Shown: in pieces, positions 28,607 to 37,927 of the stretch
How positions within the stretch are numbered: position 1 is the stretch's first letter
Layout of the letters: the number at the start of each line of letters is the position of its first letter
NCBI GenBank assembly: GCA_963743305.1
Contig: CAVUPH010000011.1
Coordinates: 1 to 47,438, forward strand
Length of the DNA stretch: 47,438 nucleotides
Origin: an uncultured delta proteobacterium
GTDB taxonomy: Bacteria; Desulfobacterota; RBG-13-43-22
Reading direction: 5' to 3'
Made by a program: the position numbers and the translations under genes
Notes under the pieces: generated by a model
The model's database searches: none
Told to the model about the DNA's origin: nothing
The model's input: the letters and a program-made list of their open reading frames with translations, nothing else

Positions 28607-29779
28607 ATGTCTAAAATGAAAGTACGTGCAGGAACAGGGTTGAGCCGGAATCCGTCTTCGTCCGAGGCCGGGCGGGAGGCCGCCGCCGCGGCGGTCTCGG
28701 CCTTGGCCGGGGAGCCGCCGGCGCTGGTTATCGTCTTCACCACTCCCAGGCACAACCTCCCGGAATTGCTGTTTGGAATTCGGTCTGTCACCGGCTCCGC
28801 GATCCTAATCGGCGCCACGGGTTCGGGCCAAATGGTCCAGGGAGAGCACCTGGGGTTTGGCGGCGGGGTCAGTGTTCTGGCCCTGACGGCCGGGCCGTAC
28901 CGGTATGGGGCGGCCTCGGCCTCCCTTATCGGCGGGAACCTTTTTCAGGCCGGTCAGGAAATCGCCCGCGCCAGCCGAGCGTCAGCCGGTCCCAGTCCGC
29001 ACTCGACGGTGCTGTTGCTCGCGGATGCCCTGGTGGGGGACCTCCAGCAACTGGTGCAGGGGATCTACCGGATCACCGGTCCGAAAACGCCCCTGGTGGG
29101 AGGCGTGGCGGGAGACGAGCTGAAGTTTGTCAGGACCTTCGTGTTTCACAATGACCAGGTCATCGAAGAGGGGGCCGTGGCCCTGTGGATTGGTAGTGAC
29201 GAACCATTGCAGGTTGTGGTCAGACACGGCTGGAAACCCATCGGCATCCCCCTGCTGGTCACCCGCGCCGAAGGCACGGAAATCATGGAGATCGGCGGAC
29301 GTCCGGCCGCCCTGGCCTACGAGGAACAATTGGGACTGGAACCGGGTCAGTTGAGTCCCGCCCTGTTCTGGGGGACGTCCCTTTACCATCCCTTAGGACT
29401 ACCCCAGACCGACGGATCGAATGTGATTCGGGTGGCCCGCGCCAAGACGGATCAGGGTACGCTTAGAATCCAGGGATGCGTTCCGCCGGCGGGAAGTGCG
29501 GTCCAGGTGATGAGCGGTACGCCGGATACGCTGCTGGACGTGGTCGAGGAAGTGGCCGGAGCGGCGCTGAAGGATCGGAGCCAAGCCGCCGCCCTGCTGG
29601 TCTTCAGTTGCGCGGCCCGCATGGTTATCTTCGGCGACCGGGTCCAAGAGGAGCCCCGCCGAATGCAGGCGGCGGCTGGCGACATCCCCACCTTTGGGGT
29701 CTACTGCTGCGGGGAGTTCGCCCGTTCCGTCGGGGTCCTTGGGACTCATAACGCGACGTTGACGGCCCTGGCCCTTTAG
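28607..29779 (+). CDS. FIST N/C domain sensory protein
   Basis: LIGATGSG, LVGGVAGD, HGWKPIG, EIGGRPA, FSCAAR and GVYCCGEF motifs. Confidence 0.9.
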   Translation: MSKMKVRAGTGLSRNPSSSEAGREAAAAAVSALAGEPPALVIVFTTPRHNLPELLFGIRSVTGSAILIGATGSGQMVQGEHLGFGGGVSVLALTAGPYRYGAASASLIGGNLFQAGQEIARASRASAGPSPHSTVLLLADALVGDLQQLVQGIYRITGPKTPLVGGVAGDELKFVRTFVFHNDQVIEEGAVALWIGSDEPLQVVVRHGWKPIGIPLLVTRAEGTEIMEIGGRPAALAYEEQLGLEPGQLSPALFWGTSLYHPLGLPQTDGSNVIRVARAKTDQGTLRIQGCVPPAGSAVQVMSGTPDTLLDVVEEVAGAALKDRSQAAALLVFSCAARMVIFGDRVQEEPRRMQAAAGDIPTFGVYCCGEFARSVGVLGTHNATLTALAL

Positions 29780-29793
29780 AAATCGGGATAAAA

Positions 29794-32193
29794 TTGCGGC
29801 CTGACCACCCCCCAGACGACCATCCGTCGGCGGCAGACAGGGAAGCTATCTTTCGCCTGCGGGAAGAACGCGATACGGCAATTCAGTCCGCGCAGGCGGC
29901 TGTTCGCGATACTTCCCGCCTCACCCGTCTCTTCACGATCCTCAGCGAGCCGGCCCCCTTGGAAATTATGTTCGATCGGGTGCTCTCGACGCTTTCCGAG
30001 ATGTTTGAAGCGGATATCTGCGTGTTGCTGGACCCGGCCGGAACGGGTTCGTTCTCCCCCTTGGCGGCGGTAGGCCTGCCGGAGGAAATGATTAATCTTT
30101 CGATGTCACCTGCCGTGAGCGGCTATGTCTCCACCGCCATGACCCTGGGAACCCCTATCCTGAAGACAGATATCGGCCACGACCAGGCCGTCGACCCCCA
30201 GCTTCGCGAACTGGGGGTCGAGACGGCCCTTTGGGTGCCGGTAATCGGCAGCCACGGCGCCCGGGGGGTGCTCATATTGGGACGTTGCCGGCCGTTGCCC
30301 TTTGCCCAGGCCGACGCCTATTGGCTGACAGCCATGGCCTACCGGATTGGCCTGGCCCTCGATCAGGCGCAACGCAGCCTTCAGTTGGAGCAGATCATTC
30401 GGACCGGTCGCCAGATATCCTGTTATCTCGACGAATCGGCCGTCTCCTCCGAGGCCGTGAACCGTTTACCAGCCATCCTGGGGGCTGATGCCGCCGCGCT
30501 GGTCTTGAGCGGCCCGGACGGGTCCCTGCGCACTGTCGCCCAGATCGGCCTGGATCCCGTCTGGGCTTCAATGTGGAACCGTATCGCCGAACGCCTGCTG
30601 GCCACCCGGGAGATCACCGACGGTCAGCCCTACAGCATCGCCGATTTGCAGGCCGACGACGAGACCTTTTCAGGGAACCTCCCGGATGGGTTTCCGGGAC
30701 GGGCGCTGTTGGCGATCCCCATTCGCCGGGAGCAGCAGACCATCGGATTACTCTGGGCCCTGCGCCTGGCGCCAGCCCCCTTCAGTCTTGACGGAATTCA
30801 GATCGCCCTGCTAATGGCCGCCCAGGCCTCCGCCGCCTTGGAGAACGCCCGGCTCTACCGGGCGGTGCAGGAGGAGCTGGCCGAACGCCTTCGCGCGGAA
30901 CAGCAACTGCATGAGAGCGAAGAAAGGCTTAAGCTGGCGCTCATGGGCGCCGACCTGGGCATGTGGGACTGGAATGTGGTGACCGGCGAGGTCCGGTTCA
31001 ACGAGCGCTGGGCGGAGATGACGGGTTATAGTCTGGAAGAGATCGAACCCCACGTGCGCAGTAGGGAGAAATTGATTCATCCCGATGATCGGCCAAGGGT
31101 CCGCGAGATGTTCCGGCGACACAGTGAAAGGGAAACCCTCTATTATCAGGCTCAGTACCGCTGCCTGACCAAGTCCGGCGATTGGATTTGGGTGTTGGAC
31201 AAAGGGCAGGTCACCCACCGGGACGTGCAGGGCTTTCCCCTGCGATTCGTCGGCACTTGTCTGGACATCACCGAAGCCAAACAAATCGAGGCGGAGCGGG
31301 TGTTGATCGAACAGCAGAAACAAAGATCGCACGAAGAATTGGAAAAGCGGGTGGCGGAACGAACGCAGGAACTGGCGTCAGCCAACCAGCAGCTTCGGTA
31401 TGAAATCAATGAACGCAAGCGAGCCGAAGAAGAGGCTGTCAAGTCCAAGGAATTCGCGGAGGGGGCGAACCGGGCCAAAAACGATTTCCTGGCCAACATG
31501 AGCCATGAATTGAGGACGCCCCTGAACCATATCATCGGATTCACGGAGCTGGTGGCGGGGAAGAGCTTCGGCGACATCAATGCCACGCAAGAGGAATTTC
31601 TAAACGATGTGTTGAATTCGAGCCACCACCTCCTGTCTTTGATCAATCAAATTCTGGATCTATCCAAAATCGAGGCCGGCAAGCAGGACCTGAACCTCTC
31701 CAACGTGCCGTTCCAGGACCTGCTGGAAAGCAGTCTTACCATGGTAAGGGAGAAAGCGTTCAAAAAACGCATCCGTATTTCTCTGCACATAGATAAAGGA
31801 TCTCCGGAATTTCTGAGCGGGGACGCAGGAAAACTGAAGCAGGTGATGTATAACCTTCTGGCCAATAGTGTGAAATTTACCCCTAACGAAGGACAGATCG
31901 AAATCCACTGCGGGGTTCAAAAAAATGAGGGGGGCGACCCGCGAGAGGTCGACGGGGACCGGCTCCTCGTCGGGGTGAAAGACTCCGGGATAGGGATCGC
32001 TTCCGCCGACCTCGAACGCATCTTCCAGCCTTTTGAGCAGGCCGAAAGCAGTGCTTCGCGCAAATACGAAGGCACCGGGCTTGGTCTGCCCCTGGCCCGC
32101 AAGCTGATTGAGCTTCACGGCGGCCGCCTGTGGGCGGAAAGCGCGGGCCTGGGCCGGGGGGCCACCTTCCGCTTCACCGTGCCCATCAAGTGA
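29794..32193 (+). CDS. GAF-GAF-PAS sensor histidine kinase
   Basis: Two GAF domains, PAS/PAC (GMWDWN..IHPDD), FLANMSHELRTPL, N box, GTGLGL. Confidence 0.92.
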   Translation: MRPDHPPDDHPSAADREAIFRLREERDTAIQSAQAAVRDTSRLTRLFTILSEPAPLEIMFDRVLSTLSEMFEADICVLLDPAGTGSFSPLAAVGLPEEMINLSMSPAVSGYVSTAMTLGTPILKTDIGHDQAVDPQLRELGVETALWVPVIGSHGARGVLILGRCRPLPFAQADAYWLTAMAYRIGLALDQAQRSLQLEQIIRTGRQISCYLDESAVSSEAVNRLPAILGADAAALVLSGPDGSLRTVAQIGLDPVWASMWNRIAERLLATREITDGQPYSIADLQADDETFSGNLPDGFPGRALLAIPIRREQQTIGLLWALRLAPAPFSLDGIQIALLMAAQASAALENARLYRAVQEELAERLRAEQQLHESEERLKLALMGADLGMWDWNVVTGEVRFNERWAEMTGYSLEEIEPHVRSREKLIHPDDRPRVREMFRRHSERETLYYQAQYRCLTKSGDWIWVLDKGQVTHRDVQGFPLRFVGTCLDITEAKQIEAERVLIEQQKQRSHEELEKRVAERTQELASANQQLRYEINERKRAEEEAVKSKEFAEGANRAKNDFLANMSHELRTPLNHIIGFTELVAGKSFGDINATQEEFLNDVLNSSHHLLSLINQILDLSKIEAGKQDLNLSNVPFQDLLESSLTMVREKAFKKRIRISLHIDKGSPEFLSGDAGKLKQVMYNLLANSVKFTPNEGQIEIHCGVQKNEGGDPREVDGDRLLVGVKDSGIGIASADLERIFQPFEQAESSASRKYEGTGLGLPLARKLIELHGGRLWAESAGLGRGATFRFTVPIK

Positions 32194-32316
32194 CCTCGTC
32201 GTTTCGGAATTCATTTTGAGTAATTGAATTCATTGGATTACCCCATATCTCCTTAACAGTTTAGGCTCAATCCCTCCCGGCGATCAGTGAGATCTTTTTT
32301 TCGGCATTTCAACATT

Positions 32317-32471
32317 GATGACCTCGCAAAAAGTCCCCTGGCCTGTCATTGCGAGGAGTGAAGCGACGAAGCAATCCCCAAGAATCAGCTAGTTGCCATG
32401 AGGGGGATTGCCTCCCCCGGATCAAGTCCGGGGTCGCAATGACGGGTTTTTCGACTTTTTGCGAAACCATC
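32317..32471. mobile_element. MITE / palindromic element, copy 2
   Basis: Ends GATGACCTCGCAAAAAGTC / GACTTTTTGCGAAACCATC; 6-bp direct repeat AACATT at 32311-16 and 32472-77; core shared with 1018-1161. Confidence 0.8.
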
Positions 32472-32511
32472 AACATTGACTTGACCTAATTTGGTTCATT
32501 TGTGTAGGCTG

Positions 32512-32707
32512 ACGTTACCCTGGATGTTGCAGAAGCCGAGGCCTCACACGGCTTTCCCGGAGGGTAAAAAACAGGGCGGAATTTGATGAAAACTATAGTT
32601 CGCCCCGGGTGAATTCCTTAAAAAGAAAGAAAATTCCCGGGGAACCCCCATGGATATTAGCCCATATAGTTTTCCGCCCTGTTTTTTATGCAACGTGCAG
32701 GTTACGT
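32512..32707 (+). ncRNA. Candidate structured RNA / 5' leader of the EamA gene
   Basis: Nested pairings including a perfect 17-bp stem (32565-81 with 32672-88); begins just after TTGACC-N18-TAGGCT. Confidence 0.45.
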
Positions 32708-32725
32708 TAACCGAAGCAGAGCACC

Positions 32726-33628
32726 ATGCCCTTATCCATTTCAGCCAAGGGGATGCTGAACCTGATCGTGGTCTACCTGGTCTGGGGCAGCACCTATCTT
32801 TTCATCCGTTTGACCGTCCATGAAGGAAGCGGCTTTCCTCCCTTCGCCATGGCCGCCAGTCGGACCCTCTGTGCTTCAGCGATCCTTTTTGTCCTGGCCA
32901 AGGGTTTCGGCCATTGGTCCCGGCCTTCAAGCCCCGAACTGCGGGTCCTGATCGTTTCCGGCCTCCTGTTGTGGCTCGGAGGAAACGGCCTGGTCACCTA
33001 CGCCGAGCGCCACGCCAACTCCGGTTATGCCGCGCTGGTCATCGGCACCACCCCCCTGTGGCCGGTTATGGTGGAATCCATCCTGGAACGGAAGGCACCC
33101 TCTTTTCTATTAGTGCTTTCTCTGTTGATCGGTTTTTCAGGCCTGGCCGTCCTAGTAACGCCGGTCCTGAAGCAGGGCCTTTGGGCCGATGCCTCCTCCA
33201 CCGCGGCCCTCCTGTTGGCCGCCATGGCCTGGTCGGGGGGCTCTCTTCTCCTGCAGCGCCGGCCGCCCATGGCCGCACCGATTTTAACCTCCGCCTATCA
33301 GCAATTTTTCGGGAGCCTGGGCCTGATCGCCCTGATGCTAATTTCCGGCGAACCCTGGCCGCACCCGGCGCCGATGGCCTGGATCGGTTGGATCTACCTG
33401 GTGATTTTCGGATCGCTGATCAGCTTCACCGCCTTCGTCACCGCCGTGCGCAGCCTTCCTCTCTCCGTGGTCATGACCTACGCCTATATCAATCCGGTCA
33501 TCGCCGTCCTGTTGGGATGGCTGGTGCTGGGAGAGCGCATTACCTTATCGACCGTCCTGGGGACGGCCCTGATCATTACCGGTGTCTTCGGGGTTTTTTG
33601 GAAACGGCTGGGTACGGGCAGTCGATGA
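32726..33628 (+). CDS. EamA/DMT family transporter (YedA-like)
   Basis: VYLVWGSTY, YLVIFGSLI.F, TYAYINPVIAVLLG; about 10 hydrophobic helices. Confidence 0.92.
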   Translation: MPLSISAKGMLNLIVVYLVWGSTYLFIRLTVHEGSGFPPFAMAASRTLCASAILFVLAKGFGHWSRPSSPELRVLIVSGLLLWLGGNGLVTYAERHANSGYAALVIGTTPLWPVMVESILERKAPSFLLVLSLLIGFSGLAVLVTPVLKQGLWADASSTAALLLAAMAWSGGSLLLQRRPPMAAPILTSAYQQFFGSLGLIALMLISGEPWPHPAPMAWIGWIYLVIFGSLISFTAFVTAVRSLPLSVVMTYAYINPVIAVLLGWLVLGERITLSTVLGTALIITGVFGVFWKRLGTGSR

Positions 33629-33747
33629 TCTTGGAAAGCGCGGCCGGTGAGAGGTGTAAGGACCCGGACAGGATTAACCGGATGAACAGGATATTTCGTT
33701 CCGGCCGGAAGCCGGGCTAAAAAACCATCCTGCCAAAAAAAGCGATA

Positions 33748-34164
33748 TCAATTCGGGAAGGTGCCTAGTCCGGCTTTTTGGGCCGATTGTTTAAGCCGTT
33801 GATCAAAGGTGGCGACGGCCAGCCCTTTGCGAAGGGCCAGTTCCAGATAAGCGGCGTCATAGGCGGTCAGTGAATAGGCCAGGGCCAGTTCCTGGAACCG
33901 GCTGATCGCTTCGAGATGGAAGGGGGTATCGGTTTGAATGGGGAGGGAGCCGTATAAGGCCACCATTTGAATCCGATCGGCTGCGTTGACCCGGTTCCGT
34001 TTTTGAGCCGTCAACAAGGCGTTCGAAATTTCGTACCACCAGAGGGCCGGCACCCAAAAAGCGTCTTCGGATGACCTTTGTTGGAGAAAAGCATCGGCCT
34101 GATCGGAATGCTCTTCCGGGAGGACCCAGGAAAGGGCGAAGGACGAATCCAATACCCACTCCAT
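33748..34164 (-). CDS. vapC: VapC PIN-domain toxin
   Basis: VLDSSFAL, WYEISN, LTAYDAAYLELA, ATFD. Confidence 0.9.
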   Translation of the reverse strand: MEWVLDSSFALSWVLPEEHSDQADAFLQQRSSEDAFWVPALWWYEISNALLTAQKRNRVNAADRIQMVALYGSLPIQTDTPFHLEAISRFQELALAYSLTAYDAAYLELALRKGLAVATFDQRLKQSAQKAGLGTFPN

Positions 34165-34406
34165 TAATAACGTCTCCCTTCTTCAATCAGCTCCCTAATA
34201 TTTACCGTCCCCATTACCTTTTTACGGATTTTTTGGAATTCTTCGGCAATGGATTGAAATCCTTTCCCCCCTCCCGATGACTTTGGAGGGATAAGCCGGG
34301 CCACTTCCTTTCCCCGCCGGCAAATGATGAAACTCTTTCCCTTTTCGGTTTCCCGCAACAATCCGGAAAGGTGTGTTTTTGCCTCGAAGGCATTGACTTT
34401 TTCCAT
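34164..34406 (-). CDS. Phd/YefM antitoxin
   Basis: VNAFEAKTHLSGLL..G..FIICRRGKEVARL; TAATG coupling to vapC. Confidence 0.9.
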   Translation of the reverse strand: MEKVNAFEAKTHLSGLLRETEKGKSFIICRRGKEVARLIPPKSSGGGKGFQSIAEEFQKIRKKVMGTVNIRELIEEGRRY

Positions 34407-34437
34407 GAGTTCCCCTCTTCTGGTAGTTTTCAGCTAT

Positions 34438-34462
34438 TAAACTAGTTTATTAAACCAGTTTA
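34438..34462. promoter_or_regulatory. Probable autoregulatory operator of phd-vapC
   Basis: Tandem palindromes TAAACTAGTTTA and TAAACCAGTTTA. Confidence 0.5.
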
Positions 34463-34558
34463 TTTATTGCAAGAAAAAATAGCTGATAATTGTTGTTTCA
34501 AAAAATTGTCCGGCTTGCTATAAACAGGGTCTAATTTGTAGGCGCAAAGGAGCACCTG

Positions 34559-35357
34559 ATGAAAGACAACGGACGTTTGAAAGACAAGATAGCCCTCATC
34601 ACCGGGGCGGCCAGCGGCATCGGCCGGGCCACGGCCATTCTCTTTGCCCGGGAGGGGGCCGAAACTGGTCCTGGCCGATCTCCAGGAATCCGGATTGCAG
34701 GAGACCCTGGCCGCGGTCCAGGAGGCGGGAGGGAAAGCGGTGATCAAGCCGGTGGACGTATCGGTGGAGCAGGAAGTCAAGGGTCTCGTCGACCTGGGCC
34801 TCAGTACCTACGGCCGGATCGATATCTTGATCAATAATGCCGGCATTACCGGGCAAATGGCCGGCCTGGAGGAACAGGACGGTGAGGATTGGAAAAAGGT
34901 GCTGGGGGTCAACCTGCTAGGGGCTATGTACGGGATCAAGCACCTGGCCCGGCACATGCAGGAACGGGGCTCCGGGGCCATCGTCAACACCGCCTCGGTG
35001 GCCGGGATTCGCTCCGGCGCCGGGGGAAACGCCTATAGCGCCAGCAAGGCCGCCCTGATCAACTTCACCCAGACGGCGGCCTGCGATCTGGGCGGGTCCA
35101 ATGTGCGGGTGAACGCCGTCTGCCCCGGGCTGATCGAAACGGGGATGACCCGACCGGTCTTCGAGTATGCCCGGTCCTCGGGCAAGGAGGCCAAGCTGGG
35201 GAGTCGCTGTGAACTGCGGCGCTATGGCCGGCCGGAGGAGATCGCCGCCGCCATCCTCTTTCTGGCCAGCGACGAGGCCAGCTTTGTGACCGGCCAGGCC
35301 CTGGCCGTGGATGGGGGCAACACGGCTTCGCTCAACCTGCCGGGGATGAAGTTCTAG
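34559..35357 (+). CDS. SDR family oxidoreductase, one frameshift near 34650-34660
   Basis: ITGAASGIG, NNAG, YSASK, VNAVCPG, VDGG. Confidence 0.88.
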
Positions 35358-35452
35358 GTAAAAATATTTGAAATATTTTTGGCTGTAATAAAAACCATTA
35401 TATTTGGGAAAGTGAATCTGTTCAACAAGTGCGTTCCGAAAGGAGAGTTCCC

Positions 35453-37836
35453 ATGAAATGGATCGTTTTCTCCAAGAAGGTTTTTATTTCTCTGATCGCC
35501 GCCTTAATCCTGACCCTCCCTGCTTTTTCTCCGTCAGCCTACCCCGGCGGGACCTTTTCCTTCAACCCCCAAGGCCCGATTTCTCCCCGGGGAGAATTGG
35601 CCGTTGTTCATAATGAGCCCAATGTGGCCATGGATTCCCAGGGGAACAGCTACGCGGTTTGGACGGATTATCGCAACGGGAACCCTTCGGATATTTACTT
35701 TTCCTATCGGCCTAAGGACGGGGCCTGGCAGGGGAATGTCAAGGTCAACGACGATAGCCGGGCCGCCCACGATTCCCCGGCCATCACCGTGGACAGCAAT
35801 GGGAACGCCTACGCGGTTTGGATCGAATATCGCGATGAAAATCAGGATATCTACTTTTCTTACCGGCCCCTGGGGGGAACTTGGCAGGCCAATACTAAGG
35901 TCAATCACAATGCGGGTACGGCCAGACGGCGTTCACCGTCTATCGCCGCAGACGCCAACGGTAACGCCTATGCCGTCTGGGCGGATAGTCGCAACGGCCA
36001 AGACGATATCTTTTTTTCCTATCGACCAGCCGGGGGAACCTGGCAGACTGAAGGGAAAGTCAACCAGGATTCCGGAACTGCGAGCCACTACAACCCCCGT
36101 ATCGCCTCGGCTCCCAACGGGCATGTCATGGTGGTCTGGGAGGATACTCGCAACGGCAATTCCGATATTTATTCGGCGAATAAACCTTTGGGGGGGAGTT
36201 GGACAGAGGTTAAGGTTAATAGTGACGCGGGGGGTGCTTCTCATTACAGCCCGGACGTCGCTTTTATAAACATTTTGTTTGGCACTTTTATTGCCGTCTG
36301 GGATGATGGTAGGATTGGTAGTCCCGGTATTTACTCGGCCATCGATGTATTCGATAATTGGGCTTTTGTCCAGGGAAAAATCGATGATGATTCCGGACTC
36401 CTCGGCAAGTCTAATCCCCGGATTGCCACGGACAATGCGGGAAACGCCTATGCGGTCTGGGAGGACAGACGGGAGGGCGGCAATAATAGGGATATCTATT
36501 TTTCCCTTCGAACAGCGGGTATCTCTGACCCCTGGCAACCCAATAAAAAGATCAATGACGACGGCCGTCCCCTGGTGGACCAATCTTTCCCTTGTATCGC
36601 CGTTGATCCGGTTAGCGGGAATGCCTCCTCCCTCTGGGTGGACGATACCAATATCAGCAACAATATTTTTTCCGCTTCCCGGCCGGCCGGGGAGAACTGG
36701 GGGGGAAACCTAAAAGTCAACGATGACCTGTCCGGCCAGCGCAAACAAGGCACCCCGGTGGCGGCCCTGGATCCCAACGGAAACGCCTTTGCTTTTTGGG
36801 GGGAAGCGCGTGCGGACCAGGGGGATATTTATACTTCTTTTCGCCCCCGGGGGGGAGCTGGCAGGCGGCCGTTCGAGTCAACGACGTTTTGGGGAGGGCG
36901 GTTTCTACGCCCGTCGCCGCCACCATGGACTCCGCGGGAAACGCCTATGCGGTCTGGAGGGACACTCGGAACGGGAGCGAATGGGATCTCTACTTCTCTT
37001 TCAGACCATGGGGGGGAACCTGGCAGGCGAATGAACGGGTCAGTCCCAATTTAATGTATCCTAATAACCCGGCATTAATCGTAGACCAGAAGGGAAATGC
37101 CTATGCGACCTGGAACGGGATGCAGGCGACAAAAAATGACGTACACTTTGCCGTTCGTCCGGCCGGCGGCACCTGGCAGGCCCCGGAAAAAGTTAACGAC
37201 GTGAATGACGTCGCTTCTATGGCCTCCTTGGCTGTCGGGCCGACCGGGACGGCATACGCACTTTGGGAGGACTACCGCAACGGGAACCCGGTCATTTATT
37301 TTTCCTACCGGCCCCCGGGGGGGACTTGGCACCCGAATGAAAAAATTGACAATGATTCGGGAGGAGCCACGCAGACCCAACCCAAAATCGCCGTTGACCG
37401 TCAGGAAAATATCTATGCCCTCTGGGCAGACTACCGCAACGGAAACGCGGACATTTATTTTTCCTATCGCCCCGCTGGAGGAAGCTGGCAAGGCAAGACC
37501 ATCGTTAACCAGGCAACTACCGCTATCCATACGGCCCCGGCGTTGGCTGTAAATGCAAACGGCGAGGGGTACGCAGTCTGGGAGGATTATCGCAACGGGA
37601 TCACGGATTTTTATTTTTCCTACCGACCGGCCGGAGGAACCTGGTCGACGGAGATGAAAGTGAATGGTGACCAGGGAATTAGCCAACAGAATTCCCCGGG
37701 CCTTTCCCTTGCCGTAAACGACCATGGGACCGTCCTGGTGACTTGGGACAGCAATAAATGGGGGTACGGATCCGCGTTCTATGCCCTGGCCAATGAACTC
37801 AACTATATCTATTTGCCGCTTGTTGTTAGGCCTTAA
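35453..37836 (+). CDS. Exported multi-blade beta-propeller repeat protein 1 with C-terminal IYLPLVVRP; frameshift near 36840-36856
   Basis: Signal peptide; ~50-aa repeats P.IAVD..GNAYAVW.D.RNG..DIYFSYRP.GG.WQ...KVN; break in a C/G homopolymer run. Confidence 0.8.
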
Positions 37837-37927
37837 AGACTGGATTTGAAATAGTTTGCCGCTTCCTTGGACGGCATATTCAGGGGAGATGGCATTCTAA
37901 CGGTTCCATCCCGAAAGGAGAGTTCCC

